Positions 49,732 through 64,000 of a stretch of DNA of 64,000 nt are shown here, one piece after another. Origin of the DNA: Antechinus flavipes (taxonomy: Eukaryota); NCBI RefSeq assembly GCF_016432865.1, contig NC_067398.1, positions 726,330,001 to 726,394,000 of the forward strand, in the 5' to 3' direction. Both the position numbers and the translations under genes were made by a program. How positions within the stretch are numbered: the stretch's first letter is position 1; the number at the start of each line of letters is the position of its first letter. The notes under the pieces are model-generated. The model was not told the origin of the DNA and made no database searches. It saw only the letters and a list, made by a program, of their open reading frames with translations.

Positions 49732-49925
49732 ACGGGGCCGCCGGGGCGTCTGGCGGGGCAGGCTTGGGGACGGGGCCGCCGGGGCGTCCGGGGGGGCAGG
49801 CTTGGGGACGGGGCCGCCGGGGCGTCCGGGGGGGCAGGCTTGGGGACGGGGCCGCCGGGGCGTCCGGCGGGGCAGGCTTGGGGACGGGGCCGCCGGGGCG
49901 TCTGGCGGGGCAGGCTTGGGGACGC
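49732..49925 (+). repeat. ~38-bp G-rich minisatellite (GGGGCCGCCGGGGCGTCCGGCGGGGCAGGCTTGGGGAC) x5
   Basis: Read directly. Confidence 0.93.
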
Positions 49926-50385
49926 CCCCCGAAGAGCTCCAGGCAGGAGAAGCCTTTGTCCAAGCCCGTTTCTGTCCCTTCCGTGGGGCCCCTCCTGGGC
50001 GACGGCTTCCGGTCCGTCTCTCCCCGGCCTGAGGAGCCTGCTCCCGTTGTGGCACGGGGGCCCTTGGCCCGGAAGCCCCTCCTCCTCGCCTGCTCGGGCC
50101 TGCTCCGGGAGGGCCCACGAGCTCTGGAACTCTGGGGGCTCCAGTGGGGCCCCCTTGTGGGCTGCCCCGCAGCACCTGCCGCTTTCCTCCCCACCTGGAA
50201 ATTTGTCACGGCAAAGAACCCAAGCTTGGGCCTCCCTGCCCCCAAGGGTTCATGGCCCTTTCTCTAGAAAGGGGCCCATTTTCTGCTACTGCCCCTCCTG
50301 TTCTCCCCCTCCGAACCCTCTTTCCCTGTGGCCATCACTTCTCAGAAGCACCAGGGGGCGTTTGCTTTAATAGAGATCAGTGGTT

Positions 50386-50391
50386 TTTATT
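50386..50391 (-). terminator. GUCD1: GUCD1 poly(A) signal AATAAA (TTTATT on +)
   Basis: Sits in an AT-rich patch about 1.5 kb downstream of the GUCD1 stop. Confidence 0.65.
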
Positions 50392-51868
50392 GAGTGGCTC
50401 ATTACAAACAAAATATATTTATGTATAAAATTTCTCTGCATGTAAAATATCCCTTTCCTGTGGTCGGAGGAAGCAAAACCGGGGCGAGCAGCAAACGGCC
50501 GGGGCAGAGGCAGCTCCAACAAGGCCCGAGGGCTCCAGGGTCGCCCACCCGCAGGCTTCCAGATCTCTCCAGGCCCCCAGCTCTGGAGGGCAGGACAAAG
50601 GCACCCCCGTGGGCAGCTTGCTCCAGGCCCCGGCCACCATTTCCCTGGCAGGACTCCCAGCCTCCACCTGGCCGGCTCCGAGCTCGTCTCCCTCAGCCCA
50701 CCTCGATCAGCTGTCTCCTGTTCTGTCCCCGTACCCACGAGGGGGGTGCCCTGCCCAGCCTGAGGAACCCTCCTGCGGCCCACCGCCCTGCTCGCGGCTG
50801 GGGAGAGGCTCCCCCTTTGTCCCACTGACCAGCATTGAGACCTCCAACAGGGAGATCGCCGCTCGGCTGGCCCGGGACCAGGAAGAGCGAACCCGTGGGC
50901 CCAGTGGTGTCTGGGGGCCGAGAAGCGACCGCCTGGATGCTCTGGAGCTTCAGCCTTGCCTGGCCCCCCATGCCCACATTCCCTGATGGGCAGCTGCTGC
51001 CCGCAGCCCAGGCTGTGGTGGTGGAGGCCCAGCACCCCCCGAGCTGTGCCCCTGGTCCCCGGGAGCTACCATGTTGGGATGCCATGGCGGGGGACAGCAG
51101 CCTCACTGGCTTCTTGGCCACATCCTGGCAACAAAGGCCTCTGCAGCTCGGCAAGGACCCAGGCGAGGAAAAAGGCAGATGCCCTGGGGGCGCGACTGAG
51201 GGGGGCCGGGGGCACAACTCCCTGAAGGGGCCCGTCAGAGCTCGGCTTTCCCGTCTGCATCAGCAACCCGAGTCCCCTCTGGGCAAGGAGGCCCCGAAGC
51301 CGCCAGCGGGAGGGAAAGGCTGCCCGTCTCTATCTCCTACAGAGGTTTGTCAGGCCCTCCAAGGGGCCCTAGCCGGGGACACCGGAGGAGCGGGGGCCAC
51401 TGCAGCAGTGGGGAAACCTGGGGCAGCGGTCTCCCCTCTCCCTTCTCCATTTGCTGGTTTGGGCGGCCGGGTGGCCTCTGTCTCAAGACTTCCAGTGTGT
51501 GTACTGGGGAGGGGGAAGGGCAGCCTCTCCTGGAGGCGGCCCCAAGACCAGGCACGGTGGAGCGGGGGTCCCGAGGACCTCCTCCCTGATGGAAACAAGG
51601 CAAAGACGGCAGAACGTGGCCGTCCCCACCAAAGGCTGGGGGCCGGGCCCTCCTCTCCTGACAGAACCCGCCCACGTGCCGCGCCAGGTGGCCAGGATGA
51701 TGCCCCGCCTGCTTGGGCTTCTCCCCCAGTACCCAACGGACTGGGGGAGAGGAGGGCGGAGGGCCGGGCTGGCCACTGAGGTCGGCTGGGGGTGCAGGCG
51801 CGAAGCTCCCCGTCCACCTGGCGTCTGAGGGCGCAGCAGCAGCCGGGAGGGGGCGGCCGGGCCCGAGG

Positions 51869-54400
<2,532 letters not shown>

Positions 54401-54879
54401 CAAGGTCAAATGAGTTTTTATAATACTATTAAAGCCATTTGTTTCTAATGATAAATATCAAAATGTATAATCAAGAGAAACAAAAGTTCTTTGAAAGGGG
54501 GATCCTCAATAAGGTTTACATACATATATGTGTAGTTTTTTCCTACGTAACGTAATAACAAACATAAACACACCCCGAGACCCAAACATTTAAGCCGCAC
54601 TGCCCTAAGACTCACTTGCTGAGCTCTTGAGCTCCCATCTTTCCACAAATGGGCTACGAGTCTTTTTCCTGGCTGGCTTTCCCATGGCGTTACAAGATCT
54701 GCATGTCTATGATGGAATCTGTGACCTTCCTCTCCACACCATCTATGCTATTATCTGCCCCAAGCCCGCCCTCACTAACAGCCACCCAGCCCTCACCCCT
54801 CTCAACCAACTCCCGAGGCTCCCGTGGTCTCTTTCCTCTGTTCAGCCCGGCCCTGAGAGAGCTTTCCAGTCTCCCTGGA

Positions 54880-55145
54880 CATCACAATTACCCCTTCCAC
54901 ATCATGGGGTTAGGGGCGTGGTGCCCCTGTGAGCTGGCACTTTTTTGGCCATCCCTTCAAACCGGGGACATCTCGATGATCATAGTTCCAAGAAACATAA
55001 GGTATTGACATCATAGAATAACGTGTATGTTTTATGCATCGCTGAGTTCTAAACTTTTTCTGTATTTGGTGGCTTCTGCAAAACTCCCCCAAACTCTTAT
55101 TTCATTTCTCATTCTGACCCGTGACATATCAAAACTCCCAACAGG
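54880..55145. mobile_element. Tigger-like DNA transposon/MITE remnant
   Basis: CAATTACCCCTTCCACATCATGGGGTTAGGGGCG and CTGACCCGTGACATATCAAAAC resemble marsupial Tigger ends (from memory). Confidence 0.4.
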
Positions 55146-56057
55146 GAGCCGAGACACGCAAGAGCTAAGCGCACTGCCTGTTCCACGCTCCCTCTCACAA
55201 TCTGTTGTCTGCTTGCCCAGCTCTTGAACAGCCTCCCTAGGCAGCGTGAAGGTCACTGGGTTCTTGCGGGGAGGCAGGCCCCATAACGACCTCTCCGACT
55301 CCCTTGGGTTACCTCGCTGTCTCCCTGGCTAGCGTGGAGGAAAAGGGGGGCCCTCGCAAGGAGGGCTGGGTGTACTTGCAGCCCCAGCTCCTGGAACAGT
55401 GCCTGGGATACGGTAAATGGCTAATAAAAGCTCATCACGAGGCAAAGGAAGATGCAGAAGCTCCAGAAGAGAAAGAGATGCGTGCAGGGCACGGAGCAGG
55501 CTCTTTCCCGGGAACAATCCCGGCCGGCAATCTGCACACATATAACCACTGGGTGCCGGGGAAGGTGACGGCCATACGTGACTCCCGGCCCATGACCTAC
55601 GTGCTGCCCTCCCGGGCTTCAAACAGAATTGTGCGGGAGACCGGAGACTAGATTTGGGGAGGGGGCATCGGAGAGGCCTCTATTCCGGAGCACTGAGGGT
55701 CATCTCTAACCGATAAATGGACAGTGAAAGAATCTGGCCCATCGAACCACATAAAGAAATGCTCTAAATCGCCACTAATTAGGGAGATGCAAACTAGCCA
55801 GCTCCGAGCTTCCTCTCCCCGCCCCCTTGGATCCGAGGGAGGGGCTCTGGGAGACCAGCCCTTTCCCCAAAGGAGAAAGCAATCCGAACGACGCCCTAGA
55901 GTCTCCCCGGAGACCACAGGCCCAGAAACAGCCGCTCTTCCCGTGGTAGCAAAGACCTGGGCACTGAGGGGAGGCCCATCCGCTGGGGACGGCCTGGAAG
56001 CGGACCCCTCTCGAAGCCCCGGCCGCACCCGGACAGGGAAAAAGGGGGGCGGGCTCA

Positions 56058-56508
<451 letters not shown>

Positions 56509-56765
56509 TCACCGAGCTTGGGAGATGGGGCGGCCGGGGGGGAACCGGCCCCGCGGGCCACCGGCCAATCACCGAACTCAGAGGGAGGGCCCGAGTGGGG
56601 CACCGGCCAATCATCGAGTTCGGGGGCGTCGCAGCAAAAAAATCAATTCCAGCGCCGGGGATGGGTGGGGGGCAGCCGTCAGCGGCCAATCCCGGCGCTC
56701 AGGGTGGGGCGTCAGCGGCCAATCCCTGCGCCCGGGGGGTCGTCACTGGCCCGGGCCCCTCCTCA

Positions 56766-57062
<297 letters not shown>

Positions 57063-57185
57063 CTAGCCTCGGTCAGAGCTGGCTAGAGCCCCACAAATGG
57101 GCTTCCATGGCTGGGTCTTGGCTCCCCGGCTGCTCACTCCATACCATCCCCCTGCCCGTGCCTCAGTCTCCCCGGCTGCCCTCAC

Positions 57186-57222
57186 CGGGCTCGGCCCCGG
57201 CTCCCTCGGCCTCTTCCCTCAT
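57186..57222 (-). CDS. GUCD1: GUCD1 exon 1, inner copy ([12 protein letters not shown])
   Basis: 37 nt, GCGGC ATG...CCC G|GTGAGG; with exons 2-6 gives 717 nt = 238 aa. Confidence 0.85.
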
Positions 57223-57354
57223 GCCGCCTGCGGGCGGACGGGCCGGACTCGGGCTGTGGAGACGCCTCGGCCATGGCCCCGGCCCGATCCGCTCCTGCCC
57301 GGGCCTCGGCCCCGCTTGGGCTCCTGAGCCCCCTCTCCGGCTTCTCCGCCGCTA

Positions 57355-57768
<414 letters not shown>

Positions 57769-58025
57769 TCACCGAGCTTGGGAGATGGGGCGGCCGGGGG
57801 GGAACCGGCCCCGCGGGCCACCGGCCAATCACCGAACTCAGAGGGAGGGCCCGAGTGGGGCACCGGCCAATCATCGAGTTCGGGGGCGTCGCAGCAAAAA
57901 AATCAATTCCAGCGCCGGGGATGGGTGGGGGGCAGCCGTCAGCGGCCAATCCCGGCGCTCAGGGTGGGGCGTCAGCGGCCAATCCCTGCGCCCGGGGGGT
58001 CGTCACTGGCCCGGGCCCCTCCTCA

Positions 58026-58322
<297 letters not shown>

Positions 58323-58326
58323 CTAG

Positions 58327-61094
<2,768 letters not shown>

Positions 61095-62794
61095 CCCTGG
61101 CTGGGCTTCTCTTCCTGCCCTTGGCCCAGGGACTCTTGCTTTCTCTGCAAATGACCGGGTTGGGGGATGAGGTTGAACCCCCCCCCCAAACCTATAGGGG
61201 GCCAGGGCCCCAGGCAGCCGAGTTGCAGAGGAGCTCCGGCCTGGGGTCGGCAGGGGACGGTGCCTCCCTCTGTACCAGGGAGGAACAGTAGGACCTGGGG
61301 GGCGGCAAGGCCTTGGTGACCCTCGGGGACCACGGGCCGTCCCACGTCCAGGTTGTGAAGCCCCCGAGGGCAGGAGCTCTTTGGAGTCTCGCCCGGAGCG
61401 GGTGCCCTCCCTGCCCGATGCCCGCGCTCTGAGGCCAGGTCCGGCAGGAAGGTGGGGAGGAGGGAGGGAAGGGAGAGGGAAGAGCAGGGGAGCCAGGGAC
61501 CTTGGGGCCAGGCCCGGGAGGAGCGGGTCAGGAAGATCTCGGGGCCAGGCTCTGTGTAGAAGGGCAGCTGCTGCCCTGCCCCGGGGGCGCCCACGGTCTC
61601 GGGCACCAGGTAAGTGGCTCTGTGCCGAGGGGCCCGGAAGGGAAGGCGCTGGCGGCGGGGGGCGGAGGCTTTCTGCTGGGGTTCGGACCTCGGGCTTTGA
61701 CTCCAGGAGGTGGGGAGGAGGGAGCGGGCGGAAGCCCTGGAGAAAGCCGGCGAGTTCGGAGCTGTGGACTTGGGAAATGGAGGGTGGCCCTCGAGGGGCG
61801 GAGAGCCAAGGGGAAAGGGCTTCCAGGGCAGCCGGCGCTCGTATTTGAATCTGGAGGCCGCGGGAGCCACTGGAGCTTGTTGAGGGTCAGACCTTGATGG
61901 CTGGGAGCACAGACTGGGGGAGGGCGAGGAGCCTGCAGCCGGGCAGACCACTCACCTCCCTTCTCCCCGGGGTGGGGGCGAGGAGACGGCCGTGTCAGGG
62001 GGGCGGGGGTGGGGAGCACCCTCCTTAGCCATGGGGGGGTCGGCTGGCCCCACGGCATTCGTTCAGTGGGGGTGTGGCAGGGGTGGGGGGGCACCTGGCA
62101 GCTCCAGGATTCCTGGGGCTTTCTGGGGGGGCCCCTCTGGTCTGCAGCCGATCCCGCTCGGTGACTGCTCAGCATCCGCGTTAGCTCCACGCGGGTGATT
62201 CTCTGATGCGCTGCTTCTTCCCTAAGTCTCTGGGACTCGAGGCCCACGTCCCAGCCACCTTTTGTTCATTTCCAGTTAGATCTCGTGCCTCGAGCGTGCC
62301 CCGAATCGGGCCCGACGTCCTTCCGTCCCCAAATCCTCCCCCATCACTCTCCTCGCAGGCTCCCGGCCTGGGGCTCTTCGGCTCCTCCGTCCCCTTCGCT
62401 GTTGGGGCAGGTCGGTTTTTATCTTTGTCCCCTCTCTCCAATGTGCTCCCCCCCTCCCGCGGCTTGGACACGTGCGCCAAAGTCATCTCCACAAAGCACA
62501 GGTGACTCGTCGCCCCTGCGCTCGGACGGATGTCGTTGGGACTTGGTGACCTTTCTGTTCTGGCCTTTCTCTCGCCCCATTTAACCTGACTCCCTCTTGC
62601 ACCCCGTGGTCCGGCCAAACTCTTCTTGCCGCCGTCACAGAGGACGCTCCGGCTCCCGTCACTGTGCCTTTGACCTTGCCGCGCTTTGCGTCTGTCTCGC
62701 CGAGTCCGCGGTCGGCCCGTTTCCCGTGACCGTAGCCCCGATCGGGGAGAGGTCCCGGGGCCGGCACCCTGACTGCCAACGGTTCCCCTTGCAG

Positions 62795-62987
62795 ATGTCC
62801 AACATCACAGTCACATACAGAGATGGACGAGTCGCCCAGCTGGAGCAGGTTTACATCCGGGGGAGCAAGATCCGCTTCCTGATCTTGCCGGACATGCTGA
62901 AGAACGCCCCGATGCTGAAGAGCATGAAAAACAAAAACCAGGGCTCTGGAGCCGGCCGGGGGAAAGCCGCCATTCTGAAGGCCCAGG
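62795..62987 (+). CDS. SNRPD3: Sm D3 second coding exon ([64 protein letters not shown])
   Basis: 193 nt, TTGCAG|ATG...CAG G|GTGCGT; the RG-rich last exon is not in the window. Confidence 0.97.
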
Positions 62988-63057
62988 GTGCGTAGCCGGC
63001 AGCCTGCCCGGGGGTGGCCCCCCCGGGGGAAGCTTCTGGGCCCCAGAGGGGAGGGAG

Positions 63058-64000
63058 GGGTGTGCATGTACACATATACACAAATACATGTCATGTGTAT
63101 TTACATTTGCACAGACATGCACACACGGGGACATGCACACCTGTGCATTACACATGTATGTGCATGCACACATGTATGCATAGATATGTCACACGTGTTT
63201 ATATATACAGCTACACATATATACCGAGACATGCACTTGTGTGTATTCGTACGCAGATAGGCATGTACATGTATGCCCAGATATACATATGCACGTGTGT
63301 TTACACGTGCAGCTATGCAGGTGTATACAGGTGTGTGTATGTGCATGCATGTAAACACACACATACTTATACGCAGACATGCACTTATACGTATGTGCAT
63401 GTAGGTGTACACACATACATCAGTGTGCTTACATGCAATACGCAAACCCATGAATGTATGTGTATGCACACAGATACACATACATGCACTACATACACAG
63501 ATGTGTATTTATGCATAGCAACAGTATATGTATGTGCATGTATAGCTACAGATGCACATACTTACGCACATAGATATAGACACACATATGTGCATTACGT
63601 ATACACATACATATACTTGTGTGCAGATATGCACGTATGTGTGCAGACAGATGTACACATGTACAGAGATACACACATGCATATATACACAGACATGCAC
63701 ATGCATTCCTACGCACAGATACAGACACACACAGATATACGCGCACTGACATACGTAGATACAGATGTATAGTGACAGGTATGCACATGCCTGTGCATAC
63801 AAACACGTAGATGTGTACACACAGGTGCTTACACGTATGCGTGCACGGAACACATATATGCGCGCACATATTCACATAATAGACACGCACAGATATGCAT
63901 GTGCGTATATGCACCTAGGCAGATGCACACATACACGCACACAGATACACGTGCATGTATACAAAGACACAAGACATACCTGCACACGTTTGTGTGATTA
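63058..64000 (+). repeat. alternating purine/pyrimidine (CA/TA/TG) low-complexity tract
   Basis: Read directly; continues to the window end. Confidence 0.93.

Noticed and set aside
49736-49900. GGGGCC (C9orf72-like) repeats
   Set aside because: GGGGCC occurs only once per ~38-bp unit, not as a hexanucleotide tandem.

Overview
Mammalian genomic DNA, most likely a dasyurid marsupial. The basis is a dasyurid-type L1 3' end and a MAR1-type CORE-SINE, both recognised from memory rather than by database search. The window holds the conserved syntenic block ADORA2A(+) - UPB1(+) - GUCD1(-) - SNRPD3(+). I resolved the spliced structures from GT/AG boundaries and reading frame: ADORA2A has 2 coding exons and 355 aa as assembled; UPB1 has 10 exons, 1155 nt, 384 aa; GUCD1 has 6 exons, 238 aa; SNRPD3 has its non-coding exon 1 plus the first two coding exons, and its last exon lies beyond the window. 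Most of the supplied ORF track is noise from GC-rich or repetitive sequence. Main observations: (1) a near-perfect 1260-bp tandem duplication of GUCD1 exons 1-3 plus part of the GUCD1/SNRPD3 bidirectional promoter, with a 12-bp microhomology at all three junctions; (2) an overlapping out-of-frame uORF in ADORA2A matching the 'uORF5' dual-coding arrangement described in rodents; (3) two oppositely oriented minisatellites made of CTCF-like motifs flanking UPB1 exon 4; (4) a short or possibly frameshifted A2A C-terminal tail; (5) a very high density of minisatellites, many abutting splice sites, three of them seeded from the same L2 segment. There is a 130-N assembly gap at 1447-1576.
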